64,000 nt of DNA, taken from positions 124,001 through 188,000 of the IMG/VR virus record IMGVR_UViG_3300010430_000003. One strand, 5' to 3'. Positions within the stretch are counted from its first letter, which is position 1, and each line of letters starts with the position of its first letter. The translations under genes and the position numbers were made by a program. This document shows positions 10,450-22,200 of the stretch, piece by piece. The notes under the pieces are model-generated. The model worked only from the letters and a program-made list of their open reading frames with translations, was not told the origin of the DNA and ran no database searches.

Positions 10450-10934
10450 AATATATACTAATCGCCACTGCCCTTCTTGCCTCTTGTGGCTCCTTACCGG
10501 GTAAGACCTTGGTTGAAAAGCATCTCTTAATGTCTGTTGAAGACTTTGAAGGGTATATGGGGGTTGAAGTTAACGCTGACATCTCTGTGCGACGTTCTAA
10601 GTTTTTTCAATTATATAAAGAAGAAAAGTATAGAAATAAAAATGTCAGTGTGGTTGCGTTGTGTTTATTTGAAGAGAATAAAATTATCTTCAATGAAGAT
10701 GTGATTGAAGAACTAATAGCAAAAGCAGAAAAGCCTCAATATGAACTGCAACCAATAGTATATCATGAATTGGGTCATTGCATGTTTGATCTTAAACATG
10801 ATGTTGCCGAAGTATTTGAAGGTGTTCCAGCTTCATGGATGCACCCTGTTTATCAGGAAAAGCGAAAGTGGGATGTGTTGGGACATGACCATTACAAACG
10901 AGAATTTAAGTCCAGAGCTTTGAATGAATATTAA
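10446..10934 (+). CDS. putative lipoprotein zinc metallopeptidase
   Basis: MKYILIATALLASC lipobox; YHELGHC....H and S.M.P Met-turn-like motif. Confidence 0.7.
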   Translation: MKYILIATALLASCGSLPGKTLVEKHLLMSVEDFEGYMGVEVNADISVRRSKFFQLYKEEKYRNKNVSVVALCLFEENKIIFNEDVIEELIAKAEKPQYELQPIVYHELGHCMFDLKHDVAEVFEGVPASWMHPVYQEKRKWDVLGHDHYKREFKSRALNEY

Positions 10935-11550
10935 AATTGCCTTCACTCTTTTAAAGAGCCACGCTTTGCGTGGTATTCTTGGTGAAGAGTATAGACCTGT
11001 TTATTCTGAAGAGGAAGATCCTAATTTCTTCATTAGGAAATATGCTAGAGCTACCTTATCTGCCCTCGCTCTTCATGGTGAGGAGAATGTTGTGTCAAAA
11101 CAATTCAAAAGAACAGTGAGTATATCTGAATTGTTCAATGGTAAATATGTTGCCATGCGTCTTCCAACAGATGAAGACATGCAAGTGTGGAGTGTTAAGA
11201 AGAAAAGTGAAGAGACTATCGATTATTTGCTCTTTGAAGACAAAGACGGAACTTTCAAAATGATCCCCGGCGGGGAGGTTATCGCTGAAATTCAATTGAA
11301 GTGTTGTGTTGGAGCAGTGGAAGGGTTTGTAGCCTGTCCAGACTTTCATGGTGGAATTACTGATCAAATTCTTCTTTCTTATACAACAAAACTCCCACAA
11401 GATTTTGAAGTTAGTGATAAAAAAGTAACCTATTTGAAGAAAACTGTTAGTTTTAAAGGTGTGTTTTCAGCGGCATGGTTTCTCTATTCTGTTGTTGCTG
11501 TTGTGTATATCATCGCAATCTTGATTGACATGCTTGGGTATAATATATAA
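10924..11550 (+). CDS. hypothetical membrane-anchored protein with MNIN-like N-terminal module
   Basis: MNIKIAFTLL start, internal GAGGAG plus GTG at ~11093, C-terminal transmembrane helix. Confidence 0.55.
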   Translation: MNIKIAFTLLKSHALRGILGEEYRPVYSEEEDPNFFIRKYARATLSALALHGEENVVSKQFKRTVSISELFNGKYVAMRLPTDEDMQVWSVKKKSEETIDYLLFEDKDGTFKMIPGGEVIAEIQLKCCVGAVEGFVACPDFHGGITDQILLSYTTKLPQDFEVSDKKVTYLKKTVSFKGVFSAAWFLYSVVAVVYIIAILIDMLGYNI

Positions 11551-11553
11551 ATG

Positions 11554-11581
11554 TTGAAAAAACCGTCAGAAAAACTATAAT
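11554..11581 (+). promoter_or_regulatory. sigma70-like promoter
   Basis: TTGAAA-N16-TATAAT, 6 nt before the ATG at 11588. Confidence 0.65.
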
Positions 11582-11587
11582 AAAAGC

Positions 11588-13166
11588 ATGAATAGTTCTT
11601 TGTGCAACCTTTCTATAGCCTCTTCTTTTTTGTGGGCTTGGCCTCGAAAAATGGCACATGGTGAAACAGTGGCAAAACGAACTATTTTTAATAAAGGTTT
11701 AAGAAAAGCACCTTCTCATTCTTTTGTCCATAGCAATTTACAAGTTTCCCCTTCGTGGGTTTATGGTACTGTAGTAGGGGATATCATAGGAGAAATAAAT
11801 AACAAGGATTATGGACGAAGAAGATAATATCATCCCATTCCCAATCAAGGAAGAAGAAAAGATTACAACACCCTTTGTTCTTCAAGATATTGATGCTCTG
11901 AATGGTATTCAGTTTGCTCTCATGTCTCTTCTTACCATGTTGGGAATATTCATAGTAAATGCTAAAACCTTATCAGATAAGATTGCTGAAAGAGATGAAG
12001 AGCTTGCTGTTAGTTTAAAAGAATTAACAATAAGCTTGGTTAAGGTTCAAATGAAATTAAGAAAACTGCTTACTAATGCAGCTAATGAACCAAAATAATA
12101 TTTATTTATAGGAGAAATAAATGAAAGCAACATCATCACAACTGAAGTCATTTTTACGAACATGCAAGAACGCTTATGTAACTATTGATCTGGGTAATGG
12201 ACCCATGATGGTTAAAGTTATCAAGAGTGCCTTATCAGAATCTATTTCAAGCCCCGAATATGCAGAATCAATGTGGCACTATGAGTTTGTACAAACAGAC
12301 GCTGGTGTTGATTTGAAGTTGGGAGAAACTGTGGAAGTAGAAGAAGAGAATCTTCCATTTACATCAATTGATGTAATGCCTGATGATGACTATGGCCGAG
12401 AAGATTTCTCGAATAGTCTCAATGACGACGCAGAAGATTCCTCAATGTACCACGAGTGATTAATGATTAATTAATTCTTGGAACAAAAGTAGTCTCCGGG
12501 GCGTTATATATGTGTCCGATTGGGACGAGGAGAGCCCGATCGCAGCGCAAGAGGAAGCAAGTGGACTTTAAAAAAGAACTCAAAGAAATCGTTGAAGATA
12601 TTTTCGGTAGTCGGGCATATGGCTATGAAACCTTTGAAGATGACACCATAGCGTGTGTCCGCCTTCGCTCGGAGATTCTTACCCAAGATTGGGAACGTCT
12701 CTATGGTGAAGTTTCTTCACTGGTAACTATGAACATGGTGGACTCTGAAAAGGGTTTTGTTCTGAGGTTTGTAAAAAACCAAGATAGTATGCTGGAAATT
12801 GCAAAACGCTTGCTTGCAACGGCAGATAAGAATAAAATGAATATGATTCAATCCTTCAATGAGGCAACTAAAGAGGAGCTTAAAAGGAATTATGCAGAAA
12901 GGGTTAAGCAGTATGAGGCCGAACCCTTTGCTAAAGTGGATAACGTTGTTATTCTTAATGAGCTTCCCACGGAGTTCTACATCGGAGATAAAGTGGAATA
13001 CGTTGGAGCTAACTCAAAAGAGAAGAGTCTAGAAGGTGTAATTGGCACTGTTATTGCCTATGACGTTGACAACTCTTGCGTGGTTTCTTTCAAGAGGGAT
13101 GGTGAAGTAAAGGTGTTCACGGTTAAAACCGAGTATCTTTCACCCGCTTGGATTAATTGTAACTAA
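11588..13166 (+). CDS. four hypothetical genes (11588-11827 MNIN-like, 11811-12098, 12121-12459, ~12561-13166)
   Basis: co-oriented ORFs with RBS-like GGAG/GAGG; the last has a C-terminal SH3/KOW-like IGDKVEY...G.IGTV segment. Confidence 0.55.
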
Positions 13167-13407
13167 CAATCTCTATAGCCGGCATAAGCCCCAAGGAGTC
13201 TGTTTTGATTGTTTAGAGTGCCGCGCGGCGTAACTATTAACCTTGTGATATAAAACTAGAATAGTTCGTTAGCAAACTTGTAGACAATAAAGAGGAAAGA
13301 ACATGAAATATTGACATCTAAATATAACATGCTATGTAGAAGGGCTCCCACGCTATTGTGATAGCGGGAATGACTTAGGGAGGGATGAGCAGGGGTAACT
13401 CATCATA

Positions 13408-13533
13408 TCTGTTGTGGCGAAACGGTAAACGCAAGGCTCTACTGCCAATAAACGGCTCGTTGAGGAATAAGAGGCACCCAATAGGGAACACAGGAATACT
13501 CAATAATTGCAGGTTCGAATCCTGTCAACAGAT
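13408..13533 (+). ncRNA. tRNA-like RNA with intact acceptor, D and T arms and an expanded anticodon/variable region
   Basis: TCTGTTG/CAACAGA stem, Leu-type D arm TGGCGAAACGGTAAACGC, GCAGGTTCGAATCCTGT; ~75 nt between D and T arms. Confidence 0.65.
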
Positions 13534-13544
13534 ATTATAGGGAA

Positions 13545-13649
13545 GCGGTGAAGGAGGATATGGTTCCGAGGGCTACCAAAAGAATTAACTACTCTTTAGT
13601 TTGCGACAGCTAGCCGTCGTCAGTGGGGTTCGAACCACCACCGCCGCCA
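13545..13649 (+). ncRNA. second degenerate tRNA-like element
   Basis: GCGGTG...CACCGC closing stem, GGTTCGAACC loop, ends in GCCA. Confidence 0.35.
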
Positions 13650-13660
13650 TAGAGGGAAAG

Positions 13661-14129
13661 ATGAAAAATTTTAATAAAGAATTATATGATGAACTTAGGT
13701 GGGAAGTGAAAGAACCACTTCAAGTTCAAAAAGAGCTTGATAATTATATTTTCTATGATTTTGATGATGAGCGGGTACCATCAGTAACAAAGGATTATAT
13801 CTATATTGGAGAATATTCTAAGGAAGAGATTATCACAACACTTGTTGTAGTTGTGATGGACAAACTTGCAGAACAAGTAGAAGAATTCAACAATCTAAAG
13901 GAACTATTCCGAGGTAAACATGACTAGTAAAGATTATGAAAAGTTCGCTGGTATTCTCAAAGAGCGTAAGAACATCGCCGAGGTAAACGTTCAGCATGGC
14001 GGTGATTCGGTGATTTATGAATCCCATCTTGAAGTAATTGATGCCCTTGTCGAAGAATTCTGTGTTATCTTTGAAGAAGATAATCCAAACTTCGATGAAG
14101 ACCTTTTCCGCGATGCTTGCGGAACCTGA
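13661..14129 (+). CDS. two small acidic hypothetical proteins (13661-13927, 13920-14129)
   Basis: RBS-preceded ORFs; the second has the T.KDY..FA ... DNPNFD...F..AC pattern seen in small phage proteins. Confidence 0.6.
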
Positions 14130-14135
14130 TTAATT

Positions 14136-14251
14136 TCTGTTCATCGTGGAGTGTGTTGATAAAGAGTTAAACTTACGCTAGCTTCTTTATCAATTACCTG
14201 TGTTGTTGTTCGCGGCTGCAACGTGAAACAGGACACTCCACGATGAACAGA
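14136..14251. ncRNA. structured element with a perfect 19-bp terminal inverted repeat and two internal hairpins
   Basis: TCTGTTCATCGTGGAGTGT / ACACTCCACGATGAACAGA; internal TTGATAAAGA/TCTTTATCAA and CCTGT/ACAGG. Confidence 0.6.
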
Positions 14252-14272
14252 TATATAAAAAAGGTATTAACC

Positions 14273-15290
14273 ATGGAAGCTTGGAAAAGAAATGCCCGAA
14301 AGTTCATTGATGAACTTGAAGAGTTTGAACAAAATCCCGTCACAGAAGATGACTGCGATGATTCTTATTGTGATGAGCAGGAACCAGACATCCTTATAGC
14401 TCGCGAAACGATTGATTTGGAACGTATATCCAAGGAGAAGTGATGGAGGCAAATACACGACATGCAATTGTTAGTGTGATGACTGTTTTGGTTGGTATCT
14501 CTATCATACTTTCAAATTGGTCTTCATTCTCTGAACTCTTTAAAGAAGAAATTGAGTGTGAACAAAAGAAATATGAAGAGCATACCGCCGCTTGCATCAA
14601 AAGGGAAAAAGCACACCTTTCTGATGAACCCGGTGAACTTCGAAACCGTTGTAAACGGTGGGCGGCCTCTCGGTATTGTTGGATAGCAGATAATTAATTC
14701 AAGGAATGAAAACCCTGACTCGCATGTTATACAATATGAGAACAAGAGGGTGGTGCGATGGCAAAGGTTAATGGTAAAATCACAAAAGCTCTTAATGCTC
14801 TTCAAGATGATTTGAAGAAGCATAGAGCAACTCTTGATGAGTTGGCTAACCAAGTTAACGATGACGATAGGTTGGATTCTCTTATGGAGGATCTGTTTTG
14901 TGAAAACCATAAACTGCAATGCCGAGTCAAAAGGGTGTTGCGCGAGCTTGGGAGACGATAATGTCAAACTTTAGAAGAAAGTGGGCAGCTTCGGAATATC
15001 ATGATGGGTCTCTTGAAGAGCATTTGCTTGCTCGGCAAGATATGCATCTTGAAAACATTTCAAGAGAACTCCAACAGCAGAACGGTGGGAGTTATTCTGG
15101 AAATGTGCGGGGAGTTGGGAATTATCCAGGACTTCGTGTAAGCCTTTGTTATCTGTTTTCAATCTTTGCAATCTTTGCAGGTCTGACGATAACGTTGGGT
15201 TTGCCCAATGCTGTTGTTATGACCATGACTCCTATCTTTTGGGCACCCGCCGTAGTGATTGGTGCTGGATTTGATGCCTTGACGAGATGA
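14273..15290 (+). CDS. cluster of small hypothetical genes (~14273-14443, 14440-14697, 14758-14961, ~14961-15290), two with TM segments
   Basis: co-oriented, abutting ORFs. Confidence 0.5.
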
Positions 15291-15339
15291 ATTTTGACCA
15301 CATTAAGTTCATGTTCAGTTAAAACAACAAAGGAAAAGC

Positions 15340-15930
15340 ATGTCACAACCTAACATCAATGATCTCTATACCAAACTTCGAAAGATTGAAGCTCTTTCTA
15401 AGTCAACAACATTTGCTGGTGAGCAAAGCACAGCCCAACAAAGGGCGCGAGAGTTACGTGATAAGATCAACGATCTTGAACAAGATCATCTGCCCAATCT
15501 TCTTAAAAAGTTGAAAACGTTACAAGAAACTGTTCAAACGCTTGCAATAGCAGGGATTGAAGTTCCTATACAACTCAAAGAACAAATTCAAGAGTTGAAC
15601 GAAAAGATTGAGGTTGCTAGATATCGTGCTATTGAGCGAGAGAACAAACAACCATTTAAGTTTTCAATTCATGATCCATGGCAGCGCAGGCTCTTTATGG
15701 CAATGTGTCGTGCAAGGGGTTATGAACCATATCGTTTGAAGTTTCAACGAAATCAGACATTAATGGTGTATGTTGAACCATCAATGCAAGAATTGATTTG
15801 GAATGAATTCAACGAAGCTGCTAACGTTCTTGTGTCTTACTTGTCCGATGTGACTGCTTCTGCTGTTCGTGACGTGTATAATCAAGAAGATCGAGAAGCT
15901 AATGAGATTGTTGGAGAGCTTCCACGCTGA
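15340..15930 (+). CDS. conserved hypothetical protein (DUF2786-like N-terminus)
   Basis: KLRKIEAL...T.AGE..A N-terminus; DPWQRRLFMAMCR..G..PYR...QR..T.MV motif. Confidence 0.6.
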   Translation: MSQPNINDLYTKLRKIEALSKSTTFAGEQSTAQQRARELRDKINDLEQDHLPNLLKKLKTLQETVQTLAIAGIEVPIQLKEQIQELNEKIEVARYRAIERENKQPFKFSIHDPWQRRLFMAMCRARGYEPYRLKFQRNQTLMVYVEPSMQELIWNEFNEAANVLVSYLSDVTASAVRDVYNQEDREANEIVGELPR

Positions 15931-15978
15931 TTCACTAAATTACTTGATGCTCAAGCTTCGAATTGAAGGTAAAGACCA

Positions 15979-17478
15979 TGGATGAAAAAAGCTCTTCATA
16001 TATTCTCTTGCCTGCCGAAAAGGTAATTGATATGGCCACTGTCATCATTGAAAGAATTAATGAGATTCGTGAAGATGATAATAAGCGGATGATTATGAAC
16101 AGGAAAAAGAATATGGTTTCCACATTTTGGAACACCATCTTTAATCGTTCATATGCTCCAACAGATGAAGAGGCACACAAATCCCTGATGAGTGATAAAT
16201 GGTACTTCCATTATCCATCCACGAAACATAGTCATCAAATGACTATCGCAAAGCGCCTTCGCATTGCCGCCAAGATGATAGACCCAGACGCAGAAATGCT
16301 TATCTCCACAAACGATTTATTTTACATAGTGCCATCATGAATGTTATCATTGCTCGCTCTTGGCTGTTATCTAGGTGGGGAGAGATTGTGCCAGTAGCAG
16401 AAGAGAATCGTCGGGAGACATATGTTAAAAACAAAGAATATATGTCCTATGAAGACTTTCAAGAAGCTGCCTTTACTAACCACTTTTTCCTTTTTCGACA
16501 TTATACACAGGAGAAGACATGAAATATCGACTGATTAACCTTTTTTTCACCATCATGGGGATCAGCATTTGGCTGTTTATCTTTGGTGCCCGTTCCGTTA
16601 AAGCAACTCTTCTTTAAGGAATTTAATGAAAGCCTTCATTAATGGATTTCGACACTATCATTTGTTCATTGGGGTAGCACTAGTTGTGCTCTCTCTCACT
16701 TCCGAGAATTGGGTACAACAGGTTATATTTGGTGTGATTGGTATTTGGTATCTGCACGATATTCATAAAGAACATAATAGGGTGTTGGATTGGATCAATG
16801 CCTTTTATCAGACTCCACAAACATCGGAAGAGGAAGAGTGATTTATAAACATATCGCCCTCTCCCTATTGCTTGCAGATAAACGTTCTATGAGCAATAGG
16901 GAAGTTATGAGAGGTTTCATAAAAGGTAGAACGGAAAATCTTCTTAACCTCTTCAAATTAGGTTGGCTCTGGTGAAAGTATTTCTTGTATTCTATGATTC
17001 TGATAGGGGCGACCGTGAAGATTGGAACGTCTTTTATGCCCAACCAGAAGTCTTCTTTGATGAAAATATAGCTAAAGAGAGAGTTCAATGGCTTATGGAT
17101 AATGGGCCAAAGGGTTGGGATACTCACATGATTGAAGCAGATCTTCATAAGAGTTGTCCTCAAACTCTTATAGAAAGAGCAGCAGACGCACTTCATTATC
17201 AGGAGAATCCAGAGGAGTATTAAATGGGAACCGCAACTGAAATTCTCGAAGATGAAATCTTTGCCAACTTTAATGTCCGCGCTGTATGGGGATGTGATAC
17301 AAGGACAGGGCGGGTTGAATTATCTAATAAAGACCAAGGGGAAGATTCTGTTGTCATCTCTCTTACAAAAGAGATTGATAATCAAGAAGATCTCCTTGAT
17401 GTTTTTGGGGTAATTTGCGAGGGGTTTGAATCAGTATCAACTTTGGGCTATTATTTGGAGGTGACAAACTTAGCTTAA
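15979..17478 (+). CDS. cluster of small hypothetical genes, including MNIN-family members at 16337 and ~16838
   Basis: co-oriented overlapping ORFs. Confidence 0.5.
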
Positions 17479-17493
17479 GTTGTTAAGTTGTTT

Positions 17494-17566
17494 GGCCCCG
17501 TAGCCCAACGGCAGAGGCAGAGGACTTAAAATCCTTCCAGTGTGGGTTCGAATCCCACCGGGGCTA
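17494..17566 (+). tRNA. tRNA-Leu (UAA), short variable loop
   Basis: GGCCCCG/CGGGGCT acceptor, GAGGA-CTTAAAA-TCCTT, GTGGGTTCGAATCCCAC. Confidence 0.9.
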
Positions 17567-17568
17567 TT

Positions 17569-18132
17569 ATGAAAGATATCAATAAATTCATCGCAATGCA
17601 ATTTTATGAAACACACGGAGCACTCATTACAAAACAAATTAAATGTGGCATTCGAGAGCCTTTCTATCTCATGGAAAGAGAAGAAACGTTAAATGAAATA
17701 TTGTCGGAAATTTCTAACACGTTGCTTCGTTATCCAAAAGTCTCTCTTCTTCTTGTAAAATGAATATTAAAATTACATTTCATTTTATTTCCTCGTTCGA
17801 TTATGTCGAAGACATGCTTGAAAGTAGTGGGGTGATATTTGGTAATCGAGTGTCATATAGTAAAAGGAACACGGGCTTTCACAATTGGATTTATGAAGAT
17901 TTGGAAGCACTTAGAAGAATTTTAAATGAACATTAATCACAGGATATTAATACTATTTCTTACATCATTTACGTCTCCTTTAGATTGGAGTCGTGATGGT
18001 GTCGTGATGTATTATAGAAGAGATCCCTTTTCAGAAAGGTTTGCGGCCCCCACCATGCTTGCGGCTTGGATTAAAAGTGACCTTCAGGGCTTAGAAGTAT
18101 TCAATTCATACAAAAGGAAGAAAAATGACTAA
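17569..18132 (+). CDS. three MNIN-family small proteins (17569-17763, 17760-17936, 17926-18132)
   Basis: MKDINKFIAMQF, MNIKITFHF, MNINHRILILF; overlapping junctions. Confidence 0.6.
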
Positions 18133-18358
18133 ACCACCAACAGTAGAAAAACTCTCTGATGAAGAGATCAAAGAACAGACTGAAGAAATCATGTCTCAAT
18201 TTGAAGACGATGAAGAAGTGGACTTCGATGAAGAAGCAGAGTTTAATAAACCCAATCCTCGTATGATAAAGATTTTGGCTCAAGGCGGAAATGCCCGTAT
18301 TATTCGAACCCTCGACGAATATTATTCGACAGGGAATAAGGAGGGAGATAATCAATGA
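18125..18358 (+). CDS. small acidic hypothetical protein
   Basis: 77 aa, ATGA-coupled to the sigma factor. Confidence 0.6.
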   Translation: MTKPPTVEKLSDEEIKEQTEEIMSQFEDDEEVDFDEEAEFNKPNPRMIKILAQGGNARIIRTLDEYYSTGNKEGDNQ

Positions 18359-19200
18359 AAGAGGTTAAAAAGGCTTATACAAAAGAATATCAAGATGAAC
18401 TCATTCAACGCTTTCGAGATAACGAAGACGTTAAGGCGAGGGATGAACTTGTTTTCTCGAACGATAAGTTTATTCATAAGGTAGCACGACAGATCTTTAA
18501 GAAGATTGGATCGATTGTATCATATGAAGACGTATATCAAGAGAGTGTTGTTGGCTTTCTGGTTGCTCTGAATTCTTATGATATGGATCGAGGTGTCAAG
18601 TTCCTTACTTATGCATATTATCAAATGAGAAATCATTGCAACAAAGTAATGTATGATAACATGCATGTTGTCCGCCTTCCTACCACCCCACTTAAAAAGA
18701 AAGTGATATGGTCAGCAGGCACCATCGGGAAGAGGCTTAGAAAAGAAGGAAAAGAATTCACTCTTGAAAATGTTGCAGAAGAACTCAATGTTAAGCCCGA
18801 AGACATTAAGGAGACATTCAAGCTTCTGCGCTCCATTAATTATCGCATCTCCACACCTACGGAGAACAACGGAGATGAAGAAGATGCTGCAGCAGATGCA
18901 ACCTTCTATTCATTGTATAACAACTCTCCGTTTCGGACTGATGACTTCTCAAGCCCCTTCCAGAAAACCTATATCAAAGAAGTATATGAACTGACTCAAG
19001 TATTCAAGAATCGATTGGATCACAGAGAGCAGGAAATTTTCGATTATCGAGTTCTTGAGCTTACTGAAAGTAAAACTCTTCAAGAGCTTGCTGATAAGTG
19101 GGATGTATCTGTGGAAAGGATTAGACAAGTTCAGACTGATCTTGAAAAGTCCTTTCGTCTATATTCTCTAAACCATATCATTAATCGAAGGTTGGGATGA
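18355..19200 (+). CDS. RNA polymerase sigma70-family factor, RpoH/sigma32-like
   Basis: region 2 DVYQE..VG...A...YD.DRGVKFLTYA; RpoH-box-like VVRLPTTPLKKKVIW; region 4 TLQELADKWDVSVERIRQ. Confidence 0.9.
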   Translation: MKEVKKAYTKEYQDELIQRFRDNEDVKARDELVFSNDKFIHKVARQIFKKIGSIVSYEDVYQESVVGFLVALNSYDMDRGVKFLTYAYYQMRNHCNKVMYDNMHVVRLPTTPLKKKVIWSAGTIGKRLRKEGKEFTLENVAEELNVKPEDIKETFKLLRSINYRISTPTENNGDEEDAAADATFYSLYNNSPFRTDDFSSPFQKTYIKEVYELTQVFKNRLDHREQEIFDYRVLELTESKTLQELADKWDVSVERIRQVQTDLEKSFRLYSLNHIINRRLG

Positions 19201-22200
19201 GCAATAGCTCTCTCTACAATAATCGATTGATTGCTTATATGATTCTCACCAATGTGAAGAGGGTACGCAAAGTCGGCAGTTTGCTTCTATGAGGATTTTT
19301 ATTCATATCCATGTTAATACACTAAATAAATTAACTCAATGACCATTAATATCATTATCGCTTGGAAGACTATATATGGCAACTCCCCCACTTTAGATAA
19401 ACCACTGTGGCTTGGCAATTCAATTGTACAACTTAATTCGCACGACAAGTATTTAACGTGGATTCACAGAATGTCATATTTTAGGAAAAAAAGATTTGAC
19501 GAGGCAACATATACTTGAAATCTTCAAACGTTAATTTAGAAGTAGCAAGGGCTTGGGTACAATCTTCTCACGGTTGGAAGGTTGGAAAGAGAAGAAGCTA
19601 TAATTATTTTGAAGGCGGTTATTTTTCTATCGGAAGTTTAGAGTTTTTTATTAGAACAGCAATTTCATATACGAAACATGTGTATACGAAACACATATTA
19701 CGATTACATAAATGAATATCAACTTGATCATTCGAAATATGATTACATCAGAAATTATTTTCTTATATACTCATCATGATAAAGCAAATGATATTATGTT
19801 ATGGGGGAAAAGATACCTTCACGTTCTTGAAAAAATGAAAATGGATAGTCTGATCCACTATTATATTCATAAGTCCCTTAAGGAAGTATGCAAAAGACTT
19901 CTCAACAGATAAACCTCTTCGTTGCTTTTATGTGGTTTAACTCTCATAGACTTGATAGGATACCAAGGAGAAGATCTTCTTTTAGGAGATGGCCTTGCGT
20001 GTATCCTGGAATACTACAGAAAGAACTCAGACATGAAGCGTTAGACTTTAAGGCGAGAGTTGGCCATGAATATCAATATATTAATTGCGAAGTCTTATGT
20101 GTGGAATTTCAATGCTTTTGACGTGACATGTGAAAGATATAATATACTTCACAATCCGATAGATAGTTATTTCAATAATTTGATTATGTCCGACATTTCT
20201 GCGATGATGTATACTAGGACTCATTATATGAGAATCGCAGCATATATAGCAAAATGAAAGACAATATCAATCTTCAAGTGATGTCATTTTTCCTTTATTC
20301 AGAAATAGAGGTGCTTTTCTGTAAGGCCATAAATGAAAGAAGATATAAGTATAGTAGGGACATCGCCACCTATTATCCATATGATATAGAATTTTCTTTG
20401 TCTTCTCTTAAAAAAAGGGAAAAGAATGAATGAAATGATAGCATCATTCTTAATAAACTCTGGATATTCTTTAGTCTTGTCCAAAGCCACGGGTTTCTCT
20501 AGGAGAGGGACATACCCAGATTGGAAGTTCTATACTCACAATTCAATAGTGCGTCTTATGCTAAGAATGAACAACAGTCCGCTTAAATGTAGAGATTGGA
20601 ATGATTGATACAGCCATTAACATTGCGATTGCAGGGTCAATCTTCACAGAAGTGAATATATTCATGGTAAGATCATCCCTAAAGAGGGAGAGAGTAGAAA
20701 GACATTGGGTCTTTTACCACATCAGGAAGGGTAATTATCGACGAGATGAATATATCGTTGTGAAAACTCGTGCTTTTGTGGGGCGCAACCCTTGAATTAT
20801 ATCAACAACATATCAGATATCAATATAATGATTGCCACAATTATATTGGATAGAATTCCTTATGGTACGAGGCGATATTTTATAGAAAAGAGAATTAAGA
20901 GATATATGTCATATGCTCAATGGGATTCTCGTTTCGTGCTTGGTGAACCTAAACGCAGAGAAGATTATGTTTTGGGAAAAACAAGACGGGTTCGATATAT
21001 CCTTAAACGTAGACAATAATATCAATATCATAATTGCATCTCGTTTTTTGCATGCGTGGACTCAGCAGAGCTGTACATTCTCAGCCTCTGAGAGTAGATC
21101 ATATTCTACATGGTCTCTAGCCCATGTTAAAGGTTCACAAAAATACAGAGCAGATTATTTATATAAATTAAGTTTGTTTAGATTAAACAGAGTGCAAGAA
21201 TGTGAATCATAATTTAATTATTGCAACTCGCTGTCTCCATTATATTAAATGGAGTCATGATGAATACAGAACATGGCCACTCATCACTTCATATTCTAAT
21301 TGGGTTCACGAGTTTATTCATGGAACTGATGAATATCGAATTGGCTATAACATAGAATACGTTCGGGTTTTGAAAACAAGAATGAGAGAAAACCATGGGA
21401 ATAATAAATGGGCTAGGTGGTGGAATGAATATTAACGTCATTATTGCTTCAAAGTTTTTCAACACTTTTGGAGCAAAAGCAGGGGATATGCAACCAATGT
21501 CAAAGAGTTCATATTCTATATGGTCACTCCTCTTTGTTAAAGGTTCAGAAAAGTATAGAAAAACTTATCTTTCCAATCAAAGTCCAAAGATGCGAAGATG
21601 GATGTCATTGGAGATATTTGATAAATGAACATCAATTTAATCATAGCGGGCCATGTCTTCAAAGAGATAAATATGTATATGTTCATGTTGGAACCAGAAC
21701 ATCTTACTTATATTCGAGGAGAAAGAACAGAAAGTGATTTCATGGTTAGGCATATAGTTTGGCAAGGAATCATGTCAAGGTATATTAAGGGAAGAGTGAG
21801 GATTTTCCATGTTTCATATCCACCAACCAGATTATGAACAATTCAAATGTTAACGGAATATTGGCTTGTTGTTATGTTGGAGATATTGGCCTCAACCTTG
21901 TTGAGCCTAAGCTGATAAGTTATAGATCTCGCATAAGAATGTTTGGTGCATATGCCAGAGATGAATATATCAGGAAAAGAACAGAGCACTTCAAAATAAG
22001 ATATTCCAAATATGAACATTAATATCATCATTGCAACTCATATCTTTACGGAAGTGAGCATATATTATTCTCCAACCGTTAATAATTTTGTGTATCCCAG
22101 ATCTCAGCTTGCACTACACCCTGATCTTGTTGCATATACAAGATATATGAAAAGAGCAGCAAGAAGATTCTTGGAAGAATATCCAATAACATGAATAGTT

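Noticed and set aside
13433-13447. CTA 'anticodon' in GGC-TCTACT-GCC
   Set aside because: Only a 3-bp stem and 6-nt loop; not a canonical anticodon arm.
14136-14251. Hammerhead ribozyme or intrinsic terminator
   Set aside because: No CUGAUGA core on either strand and no U-tract after the stem.
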